From positions 1 through 60,852 of the forward strand of contig MHWN01000025.1 in the NCBI GenBank assembly GCA_001825395.1: a stretch of DNA of 60,852 nucleotides. The letters are read 5' to 3'. Of this stretch, positions 8,922 to 18,010 are shown in pieces; the stretch's first letter is position 1, and every line of letters starts with the position of its first letter. This DNA is from Candidatus Zambryskibacteria bacterium RIFCSPLOWO2_02_FULL_39_26. Its GTDB lineage: Bacteria > Patescibacteriota > Minisyncoccia > Phycocordibacterales > DATDWN01. Below the pieces are notes generated by a model, which was given only the letters and a program-made list of their open reading frames with translations, had not been told where the DNA came from and did no database searches. A program made the position numbers and the translations under genes.

Positions 8922-9518
8922 CTAGATTAGGGCGAGGATCTGATCGGCTTCCCGCCGTCGCGCGGCCAGGATTTGCCCCCGCCTCTCGGTCCCGCCCTGG
9001 ATCGTTTCCCGGGTCAGTCTTTTCTGGCGTGCAACCTCTTGGCGAACTTTGTCACGCTTCTCTTGCGCGACGTCGGCCTCCCACAACGCCTTACACATGG
9101 CGTTGTAGAGCGCCACACGCTGGGCGAAGGTGCCGCTGGTCTCCACCATCACGGCCTTCTCGAGTTCCGTCCGGCAGCTCTCGAGATGCTCCATGATGTC
9201 GGGATCGTAACCCTCCTCCTCGCGCCGGATGCCCAGTTCGCGGTTGAACTTGGCCTCGCGGATTTGGTCGCCTTCTATTTTGCGATCGACGACCGAGTGG
9301 CGCAGGAACGACCCGAGAATGTTCCGGCCAGCCTTCAAGGTCTCAATGCCGACTTTGATTGCATAGCCGTCCTCCCCTGAGTCAATGGCTCTGGCCATGG
9401 ACTGGAGACCCTCGGCGATGACCTCGCTCACTCTGAAGCCCTGAACGGACTTCATGACTTTGACGAGGTCAACAATCTGGGTCTTCACCGAGTCGAGTGT
9501 TGGGGTATTGTTTGCCAT
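8922..9518 (-). CDS. GC-rich orphan protein (all-helical, R/E-rich C-terminus)
   Basis: ORF is clearly GC-richer than its flanks. GGGAGA SD lies 7 nt before the ATG at 9518. Has its own terminator. No recognisable motif. Confidence 0.6.
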   Translation of the reverse strand: MANNTPTLDSVKTQIVDLVKVMKSVQGFRVSEVIAEGLQSMARAIDSGEDGYAIKVGIETLKAGRNILGSFLRHSVVDRKIEGDQIREAKFNRELGIRREEEGYDPDIMEHLESCRTELEKAVMVETSGTFAQRVALYNAMCKALWEADVAQEKRDKVRQEVARQKRLTRETIQGGTERRGQILAARRREADQILALI

Positions 9519-9626
9519 TGGCGTATCTCCCAAAAAACGAGTGACTGTTCCAAACAGAACGTCATGCCCTGTGTGGATTCTATTATTCATCATAACATAT
9601 TATGAAAATAAAGTCAAGATTTTTTG

Positions 9627-10529
9627 TCAAAAAAGTAGGAAAATGGCTATAGCTAGCCCTATTCTGTACCATATGAAAAGGTTCAGACTGTGGTTTTTGA
9701 GATATTTTATGAGAAAGTTGATGGACAAAAGACCAACCATAAAAGCTGTGATTGAACCCAGAAAAAGTGATAAGCCCAAATCTGTTGTAAGTAAATCCTG
9801 CCTAACTTCAAAAAGTTTTTTAAGACCTGTGCCTAAAAGAATGGGGACTGACAGCAAAAAACTGAGCCGTATTGTTTCTTCTTTTGTCAGCCCCGTAATA
9901 AGCCCTCCGGAAATTGTGGCACCTGAACGGGAAATACCGGGAACCAAAGCTAGACACTGAAAAAAGCCGATCACCACTCCCCTGCCAAGCGACAAAATTT
10001 TATCCTGTTTTGAAATTTTTTGAGCAAACCAAAATAAAATACTCCCAAGAATTAAAGCTAGAGCCACTAAATCCACATTTCTAAAAATTGTCTCCATGGT
10101 GCTTTCCAAAAATAAACCGAAAATAACAGCCGGAATGGTGCCGATAATTATTACCCAAAACAATGTTTCGTCTTTTTGAAGATTCGTTGAGTTCATATCT
10201 TTTTGGGAGACTTCACAGCTGGGTAGGCGAGACTGAGCAAAATCGCACCAGCGATTTATGCGTGCTCCAAAAAAGATATGTCGAGAAAGAATTTTCAAAA
10301 AAATAAAAAATATTTTTATTATGTCTCGCCAAAAATAAACCAGCACAGCCAAGGTGGTAGCAAACTGCAAAACAGCGTCAAAAGATAATCCGCTTATGTT
10401 ATTTTCACCCAAAAGTTGTCTGGCAATTATAAGATGCCCTGAAGATGATATCGGGATAAATTCCGTTGCTCCTTGGACCAACCCCAGTATGATTGCCACG
10501 AAATAATCCATAGTATATAATGCTACCAT
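9627..10529 (-). CDS. uppP: Undecaprenyl-diphosphate phosphatase UppP/BacA (carries an in-frame repeat insertion)
   Basis: GLVQGATEFIPISSSGH and PGISRSGATI motifs. 300 aa including the segment encoded by the repeat. Confidence 0.9.
   Translation of the reverse strand: MVALYTMDYFVAIILGLVQGATEFIPISSSGHLIIARQLLGENNISGLSFDAVLQFATTLAVLVYFWRDIIKIFFIFLKILSRHIFFGARINRWCDFAQSRLPSCEVSQKDMNSTNLQKDETLFWVIIIGTIPAVIFGLFLESTMETIFRNVDLVALALILGSILFWFAQKISKQDKILSLGRGVVIGFFQCLALVPGISRSGATISGGLITGLTKEETIRLSFLLSVPILLGTGLKKLFEVRQDLLTTDLGLSLFLGSITAFMVGLLSINFLIKYLKNHSLNLFIWYRIGLAIAIFLLF
10178..10296. repeat. GGAGACTTCGCAGG-type palindromic repeat inside the uppP coding sequence
   Basis: Core 10199..10275 aligns by eye at roughly 80 percent with 43360..43440. 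The reading frame is preserved (FFGARINRWCDFAQSRLPSCEVSQK). Confidence 0.75.
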
Positions 10530-10550
10530 ATTAGTATAATAAATTATTTA

Positions 10551-11237
10551 ATGTCCGAAAAATTATCTGTGCCGATAGCAATAGTAATAGCTGGAGGATT
10601 AATCGCAGGAGCTTTGTATTATTCAAATATCAAATCTTCCAAAGTGTCCGTTGCTCCTGTGGTAAACAACGAGAGCGCCAGTTTTATGAGACCGGTTTCT
10701 TCAAGTGACCACATTCTCGGAAATCCAAAGGCCGATGTGGTGATAGTTGAATACTCCGATACCGAATGTCCTTTTTGCAAGCAATTTCACGTAACATTAA
10801 AGCGAGTAATGGCCGAGTACGGAAATGCAGGAAAGGTAGCTTGGGTTTACAGACATTTCCCCATTGACAGTCTTCATTCAAAAGCCAGAAAGGAAGCCGA
10901 AGCCCTTGAATGTGCAAACGAACTAGGTGGACCTGAAAAGTTCTGGGAATATACCAATCTTTTGTACGAAATTACTCCTTCCAACAACAGCTTGGACCCG
11001 GCAGAACTTCCTAAAATAGCCAAAACGGTCGGACTTGATGATAAAGCTTTCAACACCTGTTTATCAAGCGGAAAATACAAAGACAAGGTTGAAGCGGACT
11101 ATCAGAACGCCGTCAAATCCGGTGGTCGCGGCACTCCTCATTCAATACTTGTTTCAAAAGACGGTCTGCAAACTGTTGTTCAAGGAGCCCAGCCTTATGA
11201 GAATCTCAAGCTGACAATAGACGCCATACTTAAGTAA
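10551..11237 (+). CDS. DsbA-family thiol:disulfide oxidoreductase, membrane-anchored
   Basis: N-terminal TM helix, CPFC active site and a thioredoxin-like DsbA layout. Confidence 0.85.
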   Translation: MSEKLSVPIAIVIAGGLIAGALYYSNIKSSKVSVAPVVNNESASFMRPVSSSDHILGNPKADVVIVEYSDTECPFCKQFHVTLKRVMAEYGNAGKVAWVYRHFPIDSLHSKARKEAEALECANELGGPEKFWEYTNLLYEITPSNNSLDPAELPKIAKTVGLDDKAFNTCLSSGKYKDKVEADYQNAVKSGGRGTPHSILVSKDGLQTVVQGAQPYENLKLTIDAILK

Positions 11238-11255
11238 ATCTTTTAGTTGAAATCT

Positions 11256-14213
11256 CTATTTCAACAGCTTTCTAAGCGAGCAGTATTCGCAATTTTTGTC
11301 TCTACAAGTTTTATCCCAAAAAGAAAGTGATTTTATTTCTTCAGCAAATTTAAGAATTATCTGTTTTAATTCCTTAATCTCGCTTTCCTTTATCTCAAAT
11401 TCCTCCTTATTGTATTTCCCGCTGGTATTCGGCTCTAAAAATTCTACCACTCCGGAAGTCATTTCCAAGTCATCGTTAAGTATAAGCAATAGTTTGTAAA
11501 AGACAAGTTGTCTTTTTATATCCCCCGTTCTCTCTTTGGTCTTGCCCTCTATGAAATTCCTGGTTTTTGGAGAGCCGGTTTTGTAATCGGTAACAATGGC
11601 TTTTTTAGGAGAAACAAATTCAACTTTATCCAATTTCCCGGAAAGAACAATACCTGATGATAGTTCTGCGCCTTTTATGGAAAACTCTGAAACGACGGGG
11701 TTATTGATTTTTGGATTGGCCCATAAAAGCCACCCGGAAAGAGCCTTCTCCCCTCTCTTCAGGGCTTCCTCAAACTCGCTCTGCCGAAGCACCCCAAGAA
11801 GGCCCAAGTGCCGTTTATAGGAAGACAGCAAGAATTTTTTATCTACTTCCCTGTCTTTCATGGCCTTCCATAAATCTTCTACAGCATTGTGCATGGCAAT
11901 GCCATAAATCTGGTGCTTTTCCGGAGCGGTCGGGATACGTAGTAAATTTCTGTAAAAATATTTCCAAGGGCAAGTTAGATAGTTGTTCAGTGCGGTAACC
12001 GACAGCGGATGGGAATTAAAAAGTTCGGTTACAAACTTACGATCTATTTCCCTACCACCGGTTTTTTGTCTTTCGGCATAAAGTTTTTTTGGATCAGATT
12101 TAAGGTTTTTTTCAAACTGTTGCGTTTTTAATTTTTCTTTTCTATCTTCTCTAATTTCCAAAATAAACGGTGATGGTAGTATTTCTTTCCCATTCTCATC
12201 AAATGAGGAGTATGTTATATAAGCTTCAAACTTGGCCCGAGTCATGGCCACATAAAAAAGCCTTCTCTCATCCTCCTCTGTTCCCGTATCCAACTTGGAA
12301 ACGGCGTTTCCAAGTGAGTAAATAGACGGTATAAGACGTAAGGCATCCCGGTCTGCTTTTGACCCAAACGACCTCTCACCAGCGTTAATTATAAAAACAT
12401 ACTCAAACTCAAGCCCTTTGGACCGATGGGTAGTCATCAGCCGAATAGCATCTTCTCTTATATTATGCTTTGGCTTTTTTATAAAAATTTTCCTTTTCTG
12501 TATTATGGAAATATATCGCATGAAGTCGGAAAATCCTGCCCCGCGCATATTAGCCGAAATTCTTTTACCTTCCTCAAAAAATTTCTCAATCCCAAGAAAA
12601 GCTTCCGCATCTCGAGATCTAATCATAGAATCCAAAAGTCCAGATTCTCGCAAAATTCTTTCCAAAAACTCTGTAAGATGGTCATTTTTGGAGTGTCTAA
12701 CCCATTCTTTTAACTTACCGAAAAGTTTTTTAATGGGAGGGATACCAGATTTTGACATCAAAACATATATGGACTGTCTTTTTCTTCCTGCCTCGTTTAT
12801 TAGACGGAACGCGTCCACTGGGTCAATATCAAACTCTTCAATATGTAAAACCGGTACCAGAAACTGATCATTTTCGAAATTCTCTATAGCCAAAAGAATG
12901 GCAAGTATTTTACGAACAAATCTTTCTCCTAAAAGATTTTCATCCGACTCAATAGAATATATGATACCGGATTTCTCCAACACTTCTGCTAACGGGAAAG
13001 CTTCTTTGTTGGAACGGTATAGGATAGTAATTTCTTTTGGAGAGACATTCTTTTTCAATAACTCTTTTATTTTTTCGGCAATAAAATACAATTCAACATT
13101 TTTATCCGTGAATTCTCCAACTTTAATGTTTGAAACTTTTTTCTTATCGCTTGAAATAAGTTGTCCACCGGGCGAAAGAAGCGAGTGAGCGGCATCCAAA
13201 ATATTTTGGCCGGACCGGTAGTTTATTCCAAGCCTGACCAGTTTGGCCTTCGGATAAAGTTTTTTAAAGTAGTTGAAATTCTCAATTGAAGCACCTTGAA
13301 AACGGAAAATGGCTTGTTTTTCGTCCCCAACAATGAAGATATTGGGGTTTTTGTGAAAATCGCCCATCATTTCCAAAATTTTGTTCTGGGCATTGTTGGT
13401 ATCCTGATGTTCGTCAACTAAAATATATTGGTGGTTTTCCTGAAGATTGAGTTTCAAATCAGGATATTTTTCAATACCCTGCAAGACTTCCATAATCATA
13501 TCGCTCCAGTCATATAAGCGTTTCTCGCCTAAAATCTTCTGATAAGCGGCGTAGACCATGGCCAGTTCCTTATTTTTTTCCAGTTGTCTTTCAAAATCTT
13601 TGTGTTCGCTTTTCATCTTGCCTTTGTGAGCGCCTTTCTCATGAATGAGATCATCTCTAGACTTAAAGCGCCTTTCTTCTTTAGCCAGAAGCTCTGTAAA
13701 TTTTTCAGGCGATATTCCTTCCCTTTTCAACTCCTCAATTTTTTTGTAAATATCGCGGATATAGTAAAACGGGTCACCCCAAGGTTTGAGAATCTGAAGC
13801 AACAATTTTTCTATGAGTCCTTCTAAGATATCCACACTTTCAACTTCTGTAATGTTGCTAGAACCAATGATTGTCGGGAAATATTCAGGGTAATCTTTTA
13901 TTATTTTGTTGCAAAAGCTATGGAAAGTCTCAATGTTTACCCGATAAGCCGAGGCCTCAATAAGACTTATGAGTCTCCGTCTCATATTGCCCGATGCGGC
14001 ATCGGTAAAAGTCAAAGCCAAAATATTTTCCGGTTTGGTGTCAGTTTTCTTTAAAATATTGGCAATGCGCAAAGTTAGAATCTCGGTCTTGCCCGTCCCC
14101 GGTCCAGCCACAACCAAAACTGGGCCCTCAATAGTATCAACTGCCTCCTTTTGTTCCTTGTTTAGAGCTTTATATCGCTCTTCAAACCCTTCGTCAAATT
14201 TAGTTCTAACCAT
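11256..14213 (-). CDS. UvrD/PcrA-type helicase fused to a C-terminal PD-(D/E)XK nuclease with Cys cluster (AddB/Cas4-like)
   Basis: GPGTGKT Walker A, DEHQDT, helicase motifs through TTHRSKGLEF. C-terminal TCPWKY...DYKTG...QLVFYKLL...CRDKNCEYC. Confidence 0.85.
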   Translation of the reverse strand: MVRTKFDEGFEERYKALNKEQKEAVDTIEGPVLVVAGPGTGKTEILTLRIANILKKTDTKPENILALTFTDAASGNMRRRLISLIEASAYRVNIETFHSFCNKIIKDYPEYFPTIIGSSNITEVESVDILEGLIEKLLLQILKPWGDPFYYIRDIYKKIEELKREGISPEKFTELLAKEERRFKSRDDLIHEKGAHKGKMKSEHKDFERQLEKNKELAMVYAAYQKILGEKRLYDWSDMIMEVLQGIEKYPDLKLNLQENHQYILVDEHQDTNNAQNKILEMMGDFHKNPNIFIVGDEKQAIFRFQGASIENFNYFKKLYPKAKLVRLGINYRSGQNILDAAHSLLSPGGQLISSDKKKVSNIKVGEFTDKNVELYFIAEKIKELLKKNVSPKEITILYRSNKEAFPLAEVLEKSGIIYSIESDENLLGERFVRKILAILLAIENFENDQFLVPVLHIEEFDIDPVDAFRLINEAGRKRQSIYVLMSKSGIPPIKKLFGKLKEWVRHSKNDHLTEFLERILRESGLLDSMIRSRDAEAFLGIEKFFEEGKRISANMRGAGFSDFMRYISIIQKRKIFIKKPKHNIREDAIRLMTTHRSKGLEFEYVFIINAGERSFGSKADRDALRLIPSIYSLGNAVSKLDTGTEEDERRLFYVAMTRAKFEAYITYSSFDENGKEILPSPFILEIREDRKEKLKTQQFEKNLKSDPKKLYAERQKTGGREIDRKFVTELFNSHPLSVTALNNYLTCPWKYFYRNLLRIPTAPEKHQIYGIAMHNAVEDLWKAMKDREVDKKFLLSSYKRHLGLLGVLRQSEFEEALKRGEKALSGWLLWANPKINNPVVSEFSIKGAELSSGIVLSGKLDKVEFVSPKKAIVTDYKTGSPKTRNFIEGKTKERTGDIKRQLVFYKLLLILNDDLEMTSGVVEFLEPNTSGKYNKEEFEIKESEIKELKQIILKFAEEIKSLSFWDKTCRDKNCEYCSLRKLLK

Positions 14214-14365
14214 AGCTATAGAATAACATAAACGAATAACCTGCTATAGAGGAAATTGGTAATGATGGGAGAGTGGCTAATTAGCTTATTACACATATGC
14301 GCGATAGCGTATATGTGTAAAAATAAAAAATAAAATAAAAAAACCCGCATGGTCAAGCGACTTGC

Positions 14366-14533
14366 TCAATCATGCGGGGTTGGAGTCTGTTCTACTTCAA
14401 CCGGATCTTCCACCCTATCGCCCACAAGTCGTTTGCAATCAGGACAGAAGAAATACTTTGTAGTCTTCCAAAAGAACACCCTCTTGCCACCACAGCTTGT
14501 GCAAACTTTCGGCTCATTCACGAGAACCTCCAT
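14366..14533 (-). CDS. Small zinc-ribbon protein (55 aa, below the ORF-track cutoff)
   Basis: My translation is MEVLVNEPKVCTSCGGKRVFFWKTTKYFFCPDCKRLVGDRVEDPVEVEQTPTPHD. Two CxxC pairs. The stop sits inside the terminator hairpin cccgcatg...catgcggg, which is followed by a T-run. Confidence 0.5.
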   Translation of the reverse strand: MEVLVNEPKVCTSCGGKRVFFWKTTKYFFCPDCKRLVGDRVEDPVEVEQTPTPHD

Positions 14534-14668
14534 TTAGATAGTATCATATGAAAAATTTTTTGTAACGAAAAGCCATTCTTGTCGAATCAAGTCTTTTGGA
14601 AGACCGCAGGTCGCAAGCATGATCAAGTCCTGTTCTTGACCAGTTGTGACCGAAATAAGGGTTATTGG

Positions 14669-14870
14669 TACAAATTTCGTTGAGTCATTATTTTTTCTAG
14701 TGTCTGCGGAGTGCGTGAAGCACGAGTGAGAAGTGATGTTATCACTTCGCAAGACCTTGAACATCTGTAATCAGATGTGAAAGGTGTACAGTTCCTGTAA
14801 GGAAGAAAGAAAATTTTGAGCACAAAATTATTCTGGTACTAGAAAAAATGATGATGAGAAAGAAATTTTG
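14669..14870 (-). repeat. Stop-adjacent structured repeat, full-length copy 1 (candidate ncRNA or MITE)
   Basis: Near-identical core to 44508..44714. Ends 10 nt from the rpoD stop. Closing stem plus four internal hairpins. Confidence 0.8.
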
Positions 14871-14880
14871 TAAATTAAAA

Positions 14881-16185
14881 CTAATAATAGTTGCGGAGTC
14901 TATTTATCTTGTCGTGCTGACGAATCTTTTCGTGAGCTTTGGCTTCAATCTGTCTGATACGTTCGCGAGTAACGCCAAACTCTTTGCCCACTTCTTCCAA
15001 GGTGTGAGTGATACCATCCACCAGTCCGTGGCGAAGTTCCAAAATCTTTCTTTCTTTTTCCGGCAAGTCGTTTAGAATTTCTTTGACTTGGTCAGAAATA
15101 ATTCTGCGGGCGGATTCTTGCTCTGGTGAGAGAATCTTTTCATCAGCCAAAAAATCTCCGAGTTTGCTTTTGCTTTCGTCGCCATCGTCTCCGATTGGAC
15201 TCTCCAAAGAAAGGGTGCTTTGATCGATTTTTTCTATTGTATAAACTTTGTCCACCGGCAGATTCATCTCTATGGCGATTTCTTCCGGCAGAGGATCCCG
15301 TCCCAAGTCTTGAGACAAACGCCTGACCACTTGTTTATATTTGGCGATGGTTTCAACCATGTGGACCGGCACGCGAATAGTTCGGGATTGGTCGGCTAAA
15401 GCCCGAGTGATGGCTTGACGAATCCACCAAGTGGCGTAGGTGGAAAATTTGTAACCTTTAGTCCAATCAAATTTATCAACCGCCTTGAAAAGTCCTAAGT
15501 TTCCCTCTTGGATTAAATCAAGCAAAGTCAAATCAGCGCTACGGTTGGCATATTTTTTGGCGATGGAAACAACCAGACGCAAGTTGGCTCTAGCCAGCAG
15601 ATTTTTGGCTTCCTCATCTCCGGCTTCAATTTTCCTAGCTAACTCTTTTTCTCGGTTTCCGGAAATTAAAGGGTATTGGCCGATTTCTTTCAAATACATT
15701 TGGATTGAATCGTAGGAAGATTCTCCGGCTCGTCCTCCGTAAGCGTACTTTTTCCCAATAAGATCATCGTGGGTAGTATTTAGTAGACCGCCGCCCTCCA
15801 AAATATCCACTCCGCTGACAGCCAATTTCTCATAAAGCTCATCTAAAAATATAATGTCCTCCTCTACGGTCGGAAATTCCTTCAAAATCTCGTCATACGT
15901 GACATACCCCCTTTCCTTGCCTTTGTGCAAAAGTTTTTTCATTCCTTCTGATTGCCTTTCGGATTTTTTGGTTGGAGCCGGAAGTTTAGACACGGTTTTG
16001 CCGGCACGCATAGCCAAAGAAGATTTGTTTTTCTTTTTACTTCTGATTTGAGGTACTTTAATCCGTTTTGATTTTTTTCCACCTCTTCTGCCAGTCGTCA
16101 AAGAGACCATTTTTTTCGGTTTCTTTTTCCTGGCTTTATATTTCTTATTCTTTTTTGACTTTGTTTTATGTTTTTTCATAAACAT
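14881..16185 (-). CDS. rpoD: RNA polymerase sigma-70 factor RpoD with a highly basic N-terminal extension
   Basis: Regions 1.2-4.2 are recognisable (YLKEIG, DLIQEGNLGL, TYATWWIRQAITRA, EVGKEFGVTRERIRQIE). The N-terminal ~90 aa are K/R-rich. Confidence 0.95.
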   Translation of the reverse strand: MFMKKHKTKSKKNKKYKARKKKPKKMVSLTTGRRGGKKSKRIKVPQIRSKKKNKSSLAMRAGKTVSKLPAPTKKSERQSEGMKKLLHKGKERGYVTYDEILKEFPTVEEDIIFLDELYEKLAVSGVDILEGGGLLNTTHDDLIGKKYAYGGRAGESSYDSIQMYLKEIGQYPLISGNREKELARKIEAGDEEAKNLLARANLRLVVSIAKKYANRSADLTLLDLIQEGNLGLFKAVDKFDWTKGYKFSTYATWWIRQAITRALADQSRTIRVPVHMVETIAKYKQVVRRLSQDLGRDPLPEEIAIEMNLPVDKVYTIEKIDQSTLSLESPIGDDGDESKSKLGDFLADEKILSPEQESARRIISDQVKEILNDLPEKERKILELRHGLVDGITHTLEEVGKEFGVTRERIRQIEAKAHEKIRQHDKINRLRNYY

Positions 16186-17884
16186 TTTTAATGGTGTTTA
16201 TTCTCTGTGAAATACGTTGGCATTCCTCCAAATATTTTAAAATCTCGCCACTGTTTTTGGTTTGCTCGGCCTTTTGAAGATTTATCATGGCAAGGGTAAA
16301 TTCTTTTTTTAGATATTCTTCTTCGAGCCCACGGAGTAATTCTTCCAAGTCAGACTCTAAATTAGTTTTGTCATTATAATATGCCTCGGTTTCAAATAAC
16401 AGCATGTCTTTTTCTTTCAAAAATGCGCTTTCAAGCTCCTCTAGTCTCTCACCTAAAATATCTCCAATTCTTTTCTCCAAACGTTCTATGTTTAAACCAG
16501 AAACCTTTTCTTTGCTTTCTCTCTGCCACAAGAGAACTCCGAAAACTCTCCTTTCTATGGCCTCGCTTCGTTTGCCTGGAGAAATACTGGCAGTTTTAGG
16601 AGTATAGACGGCCCGACTTGATTTAACTTTTTTCAAATCATCCCAAAGAGCCTCTTCCTTAATAAAAGTTTTTTGGGCAACGTTTTTTATAAAATGAGAT
16701 TGCTCTATAGTGCTTGGCAATATTGAGATGTAGGGCAGAACATTTCTTCTAATTTCCTCTCCGAGTTCCCTCGGAGGAAGATTGCCAAGAAGCAAGACAT
16801 CGGTGTAAAAATCTATGATGTGCTTTGAATTTTTCAAGATCTCGGTTAGTATTGGGACGTTTTTTTTGGCCAAGTCCGCCGGATCCTTACTTTCGGGCAT
16901 TTGAGCAATTTTCAGTTCCATACCCAGAGCAAGAGCAATGCCGGCGCTTCTGTCCGAGGCCCTGAAACCAGCCATATCTCCGTCGTAAGCCATAATAATG
17001 CGGTTTGAAAGACGTCGGAGTTTGACAAGGTGGTTTTCTGTAAGGGCCGTACCCGAAGAAGCCACTGTGTTTGTAATGCCTACTTGGTGGAGCATGACAA
17101 GGTCCATCTGACCCTCAACAAGAATTGAGTAATTTTTCAGTCGAATATCTTTTTTAGCCTTATCTAACCCAAATAAAATTTCTGATTTGTTAAACAGAGA
17201 TGTTTCTGGGCTGTTTAGATACTTTGGAGACTTGTCATCAGGAACTAAAATTCTTCCAGAAAAACCGACAACTCGCCCCGCAGAGTCATTTATCGGAAAC
17301 ATTATGCGACCGCGAAAAGTATCGTAGTATTTTTCCTTGGCATTTTCATTGTATTTTATAAGCCCAACTTGGAGCATATCTTGTGCACTAACACTTCTGG
17401 AAGATAGGTAGTCAAAAAGTTCTCGCCATTCAAGTGGCGAATAGCCGATCCGAAAATCTTCTATGGTTTCCTCTTTTACTCCTCGAGATTTGAGATAATT
17501 TTCAGCTTCTTTGTTTTCAGATAACTTTTTCGTGTAGAAAAAAACTGCTTGCTCCAAAATTGAATGAAGTTTTTGTTTTTCTGTCTTTTCTCCTTTATTG
17601 TATTGTCCCAACTCCACCCCCGCTCTGTCAGCTAAAACTTTAAGTGCTCCTATGAAATCTAATCCTTCAAACTCTTGAACGAAAGTAAAAATATCGCCCT
17701 TAGCATGGCAGCCAAAACAATAGTAATTGCCTCTATCCGGAGATACGAAAAAGGATGGCGTCTTCTCGTTATGAAAAGGACACTTACCTTTAAAATTACT
17801 CCCAGCTTTCTCCAGTTTTATGTATGAAGAGACAAGCGAGACAATGTCTATTTTTGATTTTATTTGATCTACAGATGAGGACAT
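16166..17884 (-). CDS. dnaG: DNA primase DnaG
   Basis: Zinc finger CPFHNEKTPSF..CFGC, a TOPRIM domain (EGQMD, DGDMAG). Overlaps rpoD by 20 nt. Confidence 0.95.
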   Translation of the reverse strand: MSSSVDQIKSKIDIVSLVSSYIKLEKAGSNFKGKCPFHNEKTPSFFVSPDRGNYYCFGCHAKGDIFTFVQEFEGLDFIGALKVLADRAGVELGQYNKGEKTEKQKLHSILEQAVFFYTKKLSENKEAENYLKSRGVKEETIEDFRIGYSPLEWRELFDYLSSRSVSAQDMLQVGLIKYNENAKEKYYDTFRGRIMFPINDSAGRVVGFSGRILVPDDKSPKYLNSPETSLFNKSEILFGLDKAKKDIRLKNYSILVEGQMDLVMLHQVGITNTVASSGTALTENHLVKLRRLSNRIIMAYDGDMAGFRASDRSAGIALALGMELKIAQMPESKDPADLAKKNVPILTEILKNSKHIIDFYTDVLLLGNLPPRELGEEIRRNVLPYISILPSTIEQSHFIKNVAQKTFIKEEALWDDLKKVKSSRAVYTPKTASISPGKRSEAIERRVFGVLLWQRESKEKVSGLNIERLEKRIGDILGERLEELESAFLKEKDMLLFETEAYYNDKTNLESDLEELLRGLEEEYLKKEFTLAMINLQKAEQTKNSGEILKYLEECQRISQRINTIKNVYEKT

Positions 17885-17887
17885 AGA

Positions 17888-18010
17888 TAAATTAAAATTA
17901 AAAAATCAAAATGAAAAATTACGATGTAAAATCAGAAATAATGGGATCCAAAATTTTAAATTTTGAATTGTCATTTTGATTTTTGACATTTGCATTTTTA
18001 ATTATATTTA
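17888..18010. repeat. AT-rich palindromic intergenic cassette, copy A
   Basis: Arms aaaaatcaaaatga... and ...attgtcattttgatttttgacatttgcatttttaattatat. Fills the whole gap between the rpoC stop (18008) and the dnaG start (17884). Confidence 0.8.

Noticed and set aside
14669-14870. The ~200-nt structured repeat as 6S RNA, SRP RNA or another single-copy housekeeping RNA.
   Set aside because: It is present in at least three copies, one of them internally deleted. I could not find the conserved SRP domain IV or 6S central-bubble features by eye.
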